A DNA stretch of 63,826 nt, counting the filler, from Corallochytrium limacisporum Hawaii (lineage: Eukaryota > Protista > Pluriformea), in the NCBI GenBank assembly GCA_002811645.1. It is 5 parts of 5 records of this genome, joined end to end, with 100 filler letters (N's around TTAATTAATTAA, not from the genome) between each part and the next. Parts side by side here need not be neighbours in the genome. Positions count along the whole stretch, not along the records: positions 52,690 to 61,154 come from PDIP01000005.1; positions 61,255 to 63,826 come from PDIP01000213.1; 3 more parts are not named here. One strand, given 5' to 3'. Positions 54,767 to 63,826 of this stretch are shown piece after piece (within the stretch, counting starts at the first letter, position 1; every line of letters begins with the position of its first letter). A program made the translations under genes and the position numbers. Under the pieces are notes generated by a model, which was not told where the DNA came from, did no database searches, and saw only the letters and a program-made list of their open reading frames with translations.

Positions 54767-57700
54767 ATGCAATTCTTCCGCCTCGGTCTGACTGTCGCTT
54801 TCCTCGCTGTCTTCCTCCTCTCCTTCGTGGCCGCCATCCCTGTGCAGGATGTCCTCGAAGCCCACGAGGGGGAGCAGAAGCGTGAGCGCCGCTCAATCCC
54901 GACTTCGCTGAAGGCCAGTTTCACCGGCCCTGCCCCCATGGCGGGTCTAGCTTCGGCCTCCAATGAGCCTGAATCTGCTGGCTACAACATTCAGTTCGTA
55001 TACCTGGAGCCTAACCGGGTGAGCACTGGCGCTGGCAGTTGGGACTTCTCATCCTTTGACAACACCTTGGACACGGTCTGGCGCAATGGTAAGCATGCCG
55101 TTGTCCGGATTTCCCTCTATACCCCGTACTGGAGCGGTGACAGCACCTCCACTGGCGGTCGCTCTCGTGTGCCCTCCTGGATCCGTAACTCTAGCGGCTA
55201 CCGAAATGTGCGCTTCTGGGGTTCGTACTACGACGACTGGGATATCCCGGATTGGAACCATTGGTCCCTCGCTCCTTTCTACGAGGAACTGGTCACTGAG
55301 TATACCAAGCGGTATGCCGGCGATAGGCGTATCATCACAACCCAGGGATTCTGGGGTCTGTGGTCTGAGGGTCACACCTGGCCGTTGACTTCCCAAGATG
55401 TTAAGGGCAATGGTTACTATCCCTCCGACTCTCGTCTTCGTACCCTCCTGAACCACATCTCCTCCGAGTTTGTCAAGAACGATCTGTACTGGGCCATGGG
55501 TATCATTGCCGGTGCCACTAGCAGCTCTGAGAACTGGATGAGCTCTGTCGTTAAGTCCTATTTCTCCACCACTGACTTTGGCAGCTATGACGATACTTTC
55601 ATGGATGGTGGTGTCAAGTCCTACAACAAGGCTCTGCATACAAACCTGGGAGATTACGACTGGCGCTGGGAGCGCTCCCCTCTTGGTGGTGAGGTTTCCT
55701 ACAATGGCAGCTGGCGTAAGACCGCTTTCCTTTCCGGATCTGATTTTGAGGATCAGGTTCGCTTCTTCAAGATGACCTACATGTTTGCCACCGGTGTCCG
55801 CACCTTCTACAACAATGACTCTCTGCTACGCTCCAAGGCAGCTGCTCTTGGTTACCGCTTCAAGATCACCAAGGTTGAGACGGACAGAAGCAAGACCACT
55901 GTCACTGTACAGAACATCGGTGCTGCTCCTATTTACCGTGATGCCTATGTCACGGTCGCCGGTAGGCGCTCCAGCTCTTCCCTGATGGGTCTGAATCCCA
56001 ATGCCTCCAAGAGCTACAGCATCTCTGCCGTTCCCGGTACCATCGAAATTGAATGTGACTACACCCACGACGGCACCGTTCCCTTCGAGGCTAATGTCGC
56101 CATCAGCATTGTTGGCGATGCCGGTGGCGGCGATGATGGCGGCGATGATGGTGGTGATGATGGAGGTGATGACGGCGGATCTACCCCAGACCTGCCAGAC
56201 AAGGACCCCACCGACCAGCTTTTGGTGAATCACTCTTTCGATGCTTCCGGCGGTTGGATCTACTCTGTCTCGTCTGGCGGTTCCTATGCCCTGTCTTCTG
56301 ATGCCCACCACGGTGCTTATGCCCTCGACATCAACTATTCCAGCTACTCTAGCAACAATGCTGCTCTTATCTACCAGACTGTGAACATGCCTGCCGGTAC
56401 CCGTCAGGTTTACGCCACTGCCTGGTCTAAGGCCAGCAACGTGTCGGGCTCTAAGAGCAACTTCGACTATTCACTGTATCTGGATATCCTGCACACTGAT
56501 GGCAGCTGGAGCTACGGCATCTCTGCCGGTTTCAACACTGGCAGTCATGACTACCAATCCGTGGAAGTTCCTTTCTCCGGCAGCAAGGACATCAAGACCG
56601 TGTACTACTACCTATTGTTCCGAAACAAATCTGGCCGTGTCATGTTTGATGGTGCCACCCTGAAACTTGGCAGCCATGACCCCATCAATGGTGACGATGA
56701 TGACGACACCGACAACAATGACACTCCAGTTTCTGGCGGTACCAACAACAACCTGCTCAAGGGCGGCGACTTCGAGAGCAATACCAACTCGTGGACCTAC
56801 GCCACTGCCTCCGGTTCTTCGGCTGTGATTTCTAGCACTGCCCACACCGGATCCAAGTCTCTTAAGATTACCAACTCGAGCACTTCTTCCACCGCCCTTG
56901 TCTATCAAATTATCGAGATGAACGGCGAGAAGGCCTTCACTGTCACTGGTAGCTCCCGTGCCTCTGGTGTCTCTGGCTCTGCCCGTGCACTTGACTACTC
57001 TCTGTACGCTGATGTCCGCCACACCGACGGCAGCTGGACATACGGCCAAGCCAAGGCTTTCAACACGGGCACACACGATTGGGAGTCAGCTAAGTACCGT
57101 GTTAGCACCAGCAAGGGAATTGACAGAGTGTACATGTACGCATTGTTCCGTTACAAGTCCGGTGAGGTCTACTTTGATGACATCACTTTGGCCTTTGAGG
57201 ACCACGACCCTGTCACCGTCACGGACTCTGGTTCTGGCTCCGGCTCCGGCTCTGGCTCCAACATGGTACTGAACCCAGGTTTCGAAGACGGTGAGGAGCC
57301 TTGGAATTACAACGTCAAGAACGGTGGCAAGATTCACTTCTCCACTGTCTCCCACGGTGGTAGCCGCGCCCTGAAGTTCAGCTTCGAAAACTCTTCTTCC
57401 AACAACGTTGCCATGGCCCATCAGGTCATCAAAATGCCCCCAGGTGCCCGTCGCTTCACCGCCTCCGGGTGGTCGAAGGGTACAATTGTCACTGGTTCTG
57501 CCAATGCCGCTCTGTACGGTCTCTACTGTGATGTTCTTCACACTGACGGCACATGGACCTATGGCAAGGCCAAAGCCTACGACACTGGCACTCATGGTTA
57601 CCAGAGCGCAAAGGTTGGCGTCTCTGTCTCCAAGGATATTGATTCTATCTATTTCTACACGCTGTTCCGTGGAAAGGGCGGCCGGGTTTGGTTCGATGAT

Positions 57701-58966
57701 CTGATTCTCACTCAAGATGACCATACTCCTCAGCGCCGTGAGGCTGTCACTGGCATCCAGATGGACCCTGAAGAGGAGGAGATGGAGCACACTCTGAGCA
57801 GCCAGGGCGTCAACGCTGACCGTTTCGGTGGATCCTTCGCTGACGAACCCCTGGTCGAGGAAGCCGAAGCTCCCGAGCAGGCAAGTGCCGATGGTCCTTT
57901 GGTCGAGGAGGCCGGTTTCGGTTCTTCTACTGTTCTGGAGGAGACCCCCTCTCAGGCTGACCATCCTCTGTTTGGCGAGTTCGTCCCGACTGCTGACACG
58001 CAGACTGCTCCCCCTGAGATTGAGAACGATGCTGAGGACCACGGCCTGAGCCTGGATTCCTCTCTTCTTGACACCATTGAGAACACTGAGGACGTCGTCG
58101 ACTCGATTGGTGACTCTGGTGAATACGTCGCTTCTAATGTCATCGGGGACGAGGGGCTTGGTATGGCTGGTTCTGGTATGGCCATTCACGCCTGGGGCCC
58201 ACTGCCCGAGGGCGCCGAACTTAGTGCCTACCCCGGTGAATCCGGTGTCATTATTTCTCAGGCCTACGAGGAACTGTCTGACGGCTCCTTCGAACACGAG
58301 GGCTCCAACTCTCCTTGGACCGGCTATGGTGGCAACGGTTGGGTTCTCCACACCGATGCCAACACTGGTTCCTTTGCCATTGCCTGCACCAACCAAGAGA
58401 ATCACGAGGTTGCTGGTGCTTCTCAGATCGTCAAGGCCCCCGGTGCTGGTGTCCGCACCTTCTCCGTAACTGCGCACTCCAAGTCCCTAACTCAGAACTT
58501 CAATCCTGACTCCATTTACGTTCTGCGTGCTGTTGCTGTCCTGGACGACGGTTCCATTTCTGACCCTGTGTCCGTGACATTCGATCCCGATCATGTCGGT
58601 TACCACGCTCGCACGGTGACAGTGAGCACTGATAAGGACATTGTCGAGGCCCACGTCTACCTGGCTCTGGAGGCACATGCTGGTACTGTCCTCTTTGACG
58701 ACGTCACCATGATGTGGGCTGGGGCTGCTGCTGTTGAGTCCGAAAATAATGGCAACAATGACTCTGGTGTTAGTGCTGCAGTCATTGCTGGTGCCACCAT
58801 TGGCGCTGTGTTCGGCTGTGCCGTCCTGGCGGTGGCTGGCTTCTACGGTGTCAAGCGCTACCGTGAGCAGAAGGAGCCTGCCAAGTACGCCCCCGCCATT
58901 GCTCCGGAACCTGTTTCTGAGGAAGAGGCCAAGGAGGAGGCTGAGGCTGAGGCTTTCTTGGAGTAA
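54767..58966 (+). CDS. Type I membrane multimodular glycoside hydrolase: signal peptide, propeptide, clan GH-A-like barrel + DUF4832-like domain, 3 CBM-like repeats, acidic linker, fourth CBM-like module, TM helix
   Basis: Signal peptide, KRERR, WDFSSFD..LD...GKHAVVRI, GFWGLWSEGH, PLGGEVSY, LGYRFKI...QNIGAAPIYRDAYV; modules starting LLVNHSFD / LLKGGDFE / MVLNPGFE / LSDGSFE and ending FD; hydrophobic TM followed by KRYR. Confidence 0.8.
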   Translation: MQFFRLGLTVAFLAVFLLSFVAAIPVQDVLEAHEGEQKRERRSIPTSLKASFTGPAPMAGLASASNEPESAGYNIQFVYLEPNRVSTGAGSWDFSSFDNTLDTVWRNGKHAVVRISLYTPYWSGDSTSTGGRSRVPSWIRNSSGYRNVRFWGSYYDDWDIPDWNHWSLAPFYEELVTEYTKRYAGDRRIITTQGFWGLWSEGHTWPLTSQDVKGNGYYPSDSRLRTLLNHISSEFVKNDLYWAMGIIAGATSSSENWMSSVVKSYFSTTDFGSYDDTFMDGGVKSYNKALHTNLGDYDWRWERSPLGGEVSYNGSWRKTAFLSGSDFEDQVRFFKMTYMFATGVRTFYNNDSLLRSKAAALGYRFKITKVETDRSKTTVTVQNIGAAPIYRDAYVTVAGRRSSSSLMGLNPNASKSYSISAVPGTIEIECDYTHDGTVPFEANVAISIVGDAGGGDDGGDDGGDDGGDDGGSTPDLPDKDPTDQLLVNHSFDASGGWIYSVSSGGSYALSSDAHHGAYALDINYSSYSSNNAALIYQTVNMPAGTRQVYATAWSKASNVSGSKSNFDYSLYLDILHTDGSWSYGISAGFNTGSHDYQSVEVPFSGSKDIKTVYYYLLFRNKSGRVMFDGATLKLGSHDPINGDDDDDTDNNDTPVSGGTNNNLLKGGDFESNTNSWTYATASGSSAVISSTAHTGSKSLKITNSSTSSTALVYQIIEMNGEKAFTVTGSSRASGVSGSARALDYSLYADVRHTDGSWTYGQAKAFNTGTHDWESAKYRVSTSKGIDRVYMYALFRYKSGEVYFDDITLAFEDHDPVTVTDSGSGSGSGSGSNMVLNPGFEDGEEPWNYNVKNGGKIHFSTVSHGGSRALKFSFENSSSNNVAMAHQVIKMPPGARRFTASGWSKGTIVTGSANAALYGLYCDVLHTDGTWTYGKAKAYDTGTHGYQSAKVGVSVSKDIDSIYFYTLFRGKGGRVWFDDLILTQDDHTPQRREAVTGIQMDPEEEEMEHTLSSQGVNADRFGGSFADEPLVEEAEAPEQASADGPLVEEAGFGSSTVLEETPSQADHPLFGEFVPTADTQTAPPEIENDAEDHGLSLDSSLLDTIENTEDVVDSIGDSGEYVASNVIGDEGLGMAGSGMAIHAWGPLPEGAELSAYPGESGVIISQAYEELSDGSFEHEGSNSPWTGYGGNGWVLHTDANTGSFAIACTNQENHEVAGASQIVKAPGAGVRTFSVTAHSKSLTQNFNPDSIYVLRAVAVLDDGSISDPVSVTFDPDHVGYHARTVTVSTDKDIVEAHVYLALEAHAGTVLFDDVTMMWAGAAAVESENNGNNDSGVSAAVIAGATIGAVFGCAVLAVAGFYGVKRYREQKEPAKYAPAIAPEPVSEEEAKEEAEAEAFLE

Positions 58967-59316
58967 CCGGTTTGATCACCGATCTTCAAAGCTCCACCCT
59001 TGCTTTGGTGGATGTCGACGTTGACCGTCAACCATCCATCATATCTCAGTAATGCTTTTCATACCTATTTTTTATCAATTTTGTTTTTGAACTTGAATCA
59101 AACAACGGAAACTTGCTTTCTTCACTTACTATATATCTCTATATAAACGTATAGGAAAAAGTTAGACCAAACAATAGCTTCGTCCTTAGAAGAACATTGG
59201 GTTCTCCCTCCGTTTAGACTTTCCAGCGAGTGATTCGATGATACGATAATGATGATCACCTGCCATTCGCATCCATTTCTTTCCCAGTCTGCTGCACGCC
59301 CTCCAATGAATCGTCC

Positions 59317-60354
59317 TTAGAATTTCATTAGACCGCAGAGTTTACCGATGGCTTTGGAGCTGGCTTGGATCTTGAGAGCCTCCGGAATGTCGGTAGCGGA
59401 GACAAACGGTTCACGATGCAGGGGAACCACAATGGTACCCGCATCGACCAGTTCGGCAGCGTATGTTAGGATTTCGCGCTGGCGCTCAATGCGATGCTGG
59501 CTGATGGGACGGCTGAACATGAATTCGAAGTGCACAGAGGTCGAGTTGCTGAAAAGCGCAGGGACCACCTCAGCAATCTTGGACGCATCTCCGAAGGTGA
59601 TGGATCCAATGTGTCCATGGTCGTTTACCATCTTGGACAGCTGCTCCAGGTTAGTGTCCAGATCGACGAGATCAAAGATATAATCTGCCTTACCGCTTCC
59701 CTGCTTCAGTGCCTCCGCGAGTTCCGTGGGCATGTCCTTGCGGTGGTTAATGGTAGAATCTGCACCCATCTTCTTGCACCACTCCGCAGTCTCATCACGG
59801 CTGGCAGTGGCCACGACGGTGCCAACTTTGAACACCTTTTTGGCAATCTGTGTGGCTACCGAACCAACGCCACCGGCACCGTTGACGACCAACAGGGACT
59901 TGCCACTATTGTCATCACTCTCGCGCAGACCAAAGTTGTCTGCCATCATTTCATAGGCGGTCAGGAAGACCAAGGGCAGGGACGCAGCCTCCGCGTCGCC
60001 AACCTTAGATGGCTTGTTGGCCACGATACGACTGTCCACAGCGATCTTTTCGGCGAAGGATCCTTGGCGGGCAATGTTACCAGCACCCCACACAGTATCA
60101 CCAACCTTTGCCACAGCCTGGGCACCAGCCTCCTCGACGGTGCCGACAAAGTCGAAACCTGCAATGAAGGGATCACGGCTCACTTCAGCTGTTGGATCGC
60201 TCTTGTTGCCAATCACCTTGTAATCGACGGGGTTGGTGGCCCATCCTGTGACTTTAACAATCACATCGTGTTCACTGGCCAGCTTTGGTTCAGCCACGTC
60301 GTTGAGAATCTGGAGGTGCTCCAGGCCGTACTTACTTTGTCCGAGGGCTTTCAT
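59317..60354 (-). CDS. MDR-superfamily NADPH oxidoreductase (bacterial zinc-type ADH-like / quinone reductase subgroup)
   Basis: MKALG, NPVDYKV, GFDFVGTV, AGNIARQGSFAE, AASLPLVFLTAYE, NGAGGVGS, ATASRDETAEWC.KMGAD, HFEFMFSR and AIGKL. Confidence 0.9.
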   Translation of the reverse strand: MKALGQSKYGLEHLQILNDVAEPKLASEHDVIVKVTGWATNPVDYKVIGNKSDPTAEVSRDPFIAGFDFVGTVEEAGAQAVAKVGDTVWGAGNIARQGSFAEKIAVDSRIVANKPSKVGDAEAASLPLVFLTAYEMMADNFGLRESDDNSGKSLLVVNGAGGVGSVATQIAKKVFKVGTVVATASRDETAEWCKKMGADSTINHRKDMPTELAEALKQGSGKADYIFDLVDLDTNLEQLSKMVNDHGHIGSITFGDASKIAEVVPALFSNSTSVHFEFMFSRPISQHRIERQREILTYAAELVDAGTIVVPLHREPFVSATDIPEALKIQASSKAIGKLCGLMKF

Positions 60355-61065
60355 CACTTCACGTTACCTCTAGTCGCTATCTCGTCTCACAGCAATTTGG
60401 AACCGAAAAAAACAGTTCATTAGAACAAAAACAGCCTCTGAGTTCCACCAGTGATCAGAAACCTCTAAATAGATGCTGCAAACTTCATCCGGCACACTCA
60501 TGCCATTCTGAAAATACAAGGCGAACTACCAATCACCCGGGAGCCGTCCATTGAAGACCCCAAAAGACAGGAAGCACGCAATTTGGTACTGTCAGTAACT
60601 GGACCAGTGGCCAGTGTGTGACAATCGTGCGCTTCTGCCATGCCATCGGAAATTGACTGAATGAGATCGTTGCGTCATACGGAATGCGTATCACAGCTCA
60701 AGTATTGGATCGAGATCACAAAGGATTTGGAGAAGCAAAGATGCGTTATTCCGCGGAGACGAACCGATTTGTCCAGCTTTCTTTGTATGCAGCTAACAGT
60801 TTCTCTACTTGCCCTGCGTTTTTGTCCGACGGACATTTTCGCAACCCTCTCCCGTCCGTACACGCTGCAACATTTGTGTTGCCGTTTATTCGATTGAGCG
60901 GTGTGTGTATGATCAGCACGCGAGCAACCAAGTTCAAGAGAGACGTGTCCAATGGTAATCAGTGTTGGAATGCTCAAGGGTTGGGGGATGGCTCCATCAT
61001 TGGGATCTTAGGGATCTGGCGGAGAGGGCACCATCTTTTTCTGTGCCGTGTTGTTTTGCTGTTTG

Positions 61066-61154
61066 TACTATCCTCTGAGTTGAATGTATACTCCGTATCC
61101 AACCAAAATTTTCGTTCGAAAATATATACCGGATCGTCATGTATATGATTATTT
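61066..61154 (-). repeat. Dispersed structured repeat, copy B (inverted relative to A, truncated by contig end)
   Basis: TACTATCCTCTGAGTTGAATGTATACTCCGTATCCAACCAAAATTTTCGTTCGAAAATATATACCGGATCGT... Confidence 0.95.
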
Positions 61155-61254
61155 NNNNNNNNNNNNNNNNNNNNNNNNNNNNNNNNNNNNNNNNNNNNTT
61201 AATTAATTAANNNNNNNNNNNNNNNNNNNNNNNNNNNNNNNNNNNNNNNNNNNN
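61155..61254. other. Artificial contig linker
   Basis: Same cassette. Confidence 0.97.
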
Positions 61255-61867
61255 AATTGGTCTGCACCTGAGTTGGCTCAGGACTCGGCAGGAAGGCGCC
61301 GTTGTGCAATCCAAGGGAAATGTAATATGGCACCTGATCAACCTGGCCAGTCGCATTGGTGGCGCAGGGCCATTCATCGGGAGACATTCCAGTTAGTACG
61401 TTTGCAAGCTCATTACGGTAGTCGGAGAGATCAGAGACAGAGATGGACTTGTCGAAAAATGGTGACTGTAGGAGCGGACCGAAGATACTGGTGAATTTGA
61501 ACATGGCGGACCACCAGGACTTGTCGTTGGGAGTCATACCGTGGCCCTGCCATATAAAGTTACCGATGTACTTTAGGATATAAGCTTCAAGGTTGCCTTT
61601 CTCCGCAACTAGTTTCTGGGCGATCGGAGTAGTGTTGCATGTACCAGTTTGCAAAGCATAGATGCCAGCAGGGTCGTAGTAGTAGCCTTTCTTCAGGAGT
61701 TCTTCAGTACAGGAATCACTCGCAGGATAGCAAGATCCGATGCCAAGATCTTCATTCAAAGATGCTGGGAGCTCCATCTGTTCATTTTCCAAGTTCGTCG
61801 GTACAGCATGAGCCATATGAACCAACATAGTGGCGGCGAGGGGAATATTCAGGAAATGATAGTGCAT
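61255..61867 (-). CDS. Hypothetical secreted protein, 3'-truncated by contig end
   Basis: Frame open from ATG 61867 (MHYHFLNIPLAATMLVHMAHA-VPT, signal-peptide-like) into the gap; four Cys; no family recognised. Confidence 0.55.
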
Positions 61868-63748
61868 AACTTTTTCTTGAGCAAAATTCTGATCGGCATT
61901 GCATATGTTGTGGGTACTGGGTCTGATTATCTGGAGGATTCCCTTAAATAGATTCACTTTCTATGGCGTTCGGTGAAACATTGCTCAGACCAAAACCAAT
62001 AATAGGGCTCATTAATCTCCTTGAAGGGGGAGCTCCAGTCATTGTGTCCACCTGTTTTCCAAGTGCTATATGTACACGCGATAACGAATGAGTTTTCTCT
62101 CCCATTTCGGGCTAGTTCCTCTGCCGTCAGGCCGCTCGTTGTTACCTTTTTGTACATGTTCTCCAGAGCATTTTGCTTGAGAACAACAACATCTTTGATG
62201 ACAATATCATGTGGCGCACAGCGTTGTTGCTGCTTTGGACTGCTCATGGCCGACCAAGGTCACCAGGAAGGTCCCACAACGGTGTTCTTTGTGTCCTGTG
62301 GCGATCCCTTCTCAGTGGTTCACGACGCTAGGCGTTCCGGTGGACCAACTGGAGCTTTCTGATTCCATATGGTAGTAGGAAAGAGGATGCGGCACAGCTC
62401 CCAAGCAAGGTCTTGGAAGATGAGATCGTGTTTCAACCACGCAACGATCAGACACCGTCGAATCAAGATAAACTGCATCACGCAGATGGAGCCCACTGTT
62501 GTTGGTTCCGCGAAAGTAGGACCGTTATCAACAGCAACAGTGTCCTGCAGCTTGGGTATTCCCGTAAACTGTGAGACAAGAACGAAGTGACACAAGGATG
62601 CATGGACGGCTCGACACTCTCACCATCAGCGTTCCAACTAAGCTTGCCGTAGACGGGAATCGCGCAGAAACAGGACACTAGACTGTTCTGTGTTGGAAGC
62701 GCTATATGTAGTAAGAATAAGAGCAGAACAGGTAGCCATTAATTCAAGTGACGGTTCTTGCCTCTGCATATGCTAAGATGACACCAATACATCCTCAGCA
62801 CGATCGATGAAGCCAACCTAAACGTATACCGCTACCTCCACACAGAATGAAGAGAACTAATAGTAAGACCTCCACGGTTTCCGACACCCTAAACTTCAAC
62901 TGTTCTTGCTTATCTCATTCACTCCAATACCTTGCTATATGATCCTTTGACATCACTACCAGGATGCCGCAGTTGCGGCAATCATTTTGTCATCAATCGA
63001 TTCGAAGCTCAGCGGAATGGGAATACCATGCCACACATCTGTTCTTGCCACAAACAGTGTCCACCATTCCATGTATACCAATAAAATTCCATCGGGAGTC
63101 CACCATGCTCATGTGATAGTGTTAGTGTGTAAATGAGTAGCTGGGTGTGTGAGTGAGTGATTGTTTGGCGCGAGTCGCAGGGACGGTCTCAGTCATTCCT
63201 TGGGCCACTGGAGCTCCGACCTCGCCCTCCGCACCTCCATTGCTCCCTTTCCCCTTCCCTTCTCGTAGCCATGCGCCGAGCCGGCAGTGAGCCCCTGCAG
63301 AATTACTGGTCCTTTTTCAAATCAGGGTTTGTCCTAATCAGACAGTTTGAGTACCTTAGTGACGTCGGGCACAAAGCGAAGCCAAGTGGGTGACACTTAG
63401 CCGGCAATCTAAGATATGTAGCATTGTATGTTCACGAGGCGTCCGGTGCTGTTGCTCCTCATGAGATGATGTTGATAGACTGGTGCGGAGGTGAGGACGA
63501 CCATTTCAAACAAGCAGCATCAGACATGTCCCTTCCCATAGCGTGAAGAGTGGTATTCCCCCGAAGTCCCAAATGTCCGTTACCAGCGCAATGCGCACGA
63601 CATACCATGCCGACGTATCCATCTCTTCATTAAGGTATATGATTTAGGTAGCGATGGTACCACCCTCCAACTTGTCGAATCCCCAAAACCCCCGTGATTT
63701 ACAAAATTTAACTATAGGCTCCTATGTAAGCCCTACATTTTTATATTA

Positions 63749-63826
63749 TACTATCCTCTGAGTTGAATGTATACTCCGTATCCAACCAAAATTTTCGTTC
63801 GAAAATATATACCGGATCGTGATTTA
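63749..63826 (-). repeat. Dispersed structured repeat, copy C (runs off the window end)
   Basis: Identical to copy A over 78 bp. Confidence 0.95.

Noticed and set aside
57086-58477. Long antisense ORFs (also 6298-7170, 59494-60423, 55049-55639, 32257-32907)
   Set aside because: Shadow frames of strongly codon-biased real genes; no protein motifs
54253-60561. Shared 12-mer ATTGAAGACCCC upstream of the hydrolase (54253) and the oxidoreductase (60550)
   Set aside because: A single 12-bp match at different distances and opposite relative orientation; not distinguishable from chance
62035-62562. Retrotransposon integrase (GIPK...DNGPTF) or DUF1566-like (GGHNDW) remnants
   Set aside because: Only isolated short motifs in broken frames; no other catalytic residues, RT or LTRs seen
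1-63826. Bacterial contig or contamination, given the intronless and partly bacterial-like genes
   Set aside because: Eukaryote-specific genes (DENN, CUE, TTC4, BROMI, GT31), transit and signal peptides, microsatellites, and no operon or Shine-Dalgarno organisation

Overview
Gene-dense eukaryotic nuclear DNA in five assembly pieces. The pieces are joined by artificial 100-bp linkers (44 N + TTAATTAATTAA + 44 N), and there are two ordinary N gaps. About 19 protein-coding genes are present, and none shows an intron in its CDS, even at >4 kb. They include a GH63/MGH1-like glycosidase, an LRR + haemolysin-III/PAQR fusion, DJ-1, an FGGY sugar kinase, a DUF4336 protein, a GT31 glycosyltransferase, a Cys-rich PH-fold protein, an ankyrin membrane protein, bleomycin hydrolase, TBC1D32/BROMI-like, ACADS, a CUE protein, a SETD6-like methyltransferase, DENND1-like, TTC4, an ABCC transporter broken by one extra base, a membrane-anchored DUF4832-type glycoside hydrolase with four CBM-like modules, an MDR oxidoreductase and a truncated secreted protein. 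The gene set suggests a unicellular opisthokont/holozoan with extreme intron loss; Corallochytrium is one candidate, but this is inference only. Main leads: (1) intronless CDSs repeatedly preceded by short GT-branch-AG intron candidates in the 5' leader; (2) a structured ~90-bp AT-rich repeat at three contig ends with donor site, stem-loops and an Sm-like site, resembling a spliced-leader RNA but also compatible with a transposon end; (3) two inverted copies of that repeat bracketing an 8.5-kb piece with two bacterial-type genes; (4) unusual domain fusions; (5) G/C-homopolymer islands that mark 5' ends and predict ORF-less transcription units. All family calls are from motif recognition by eye; no searches were run.
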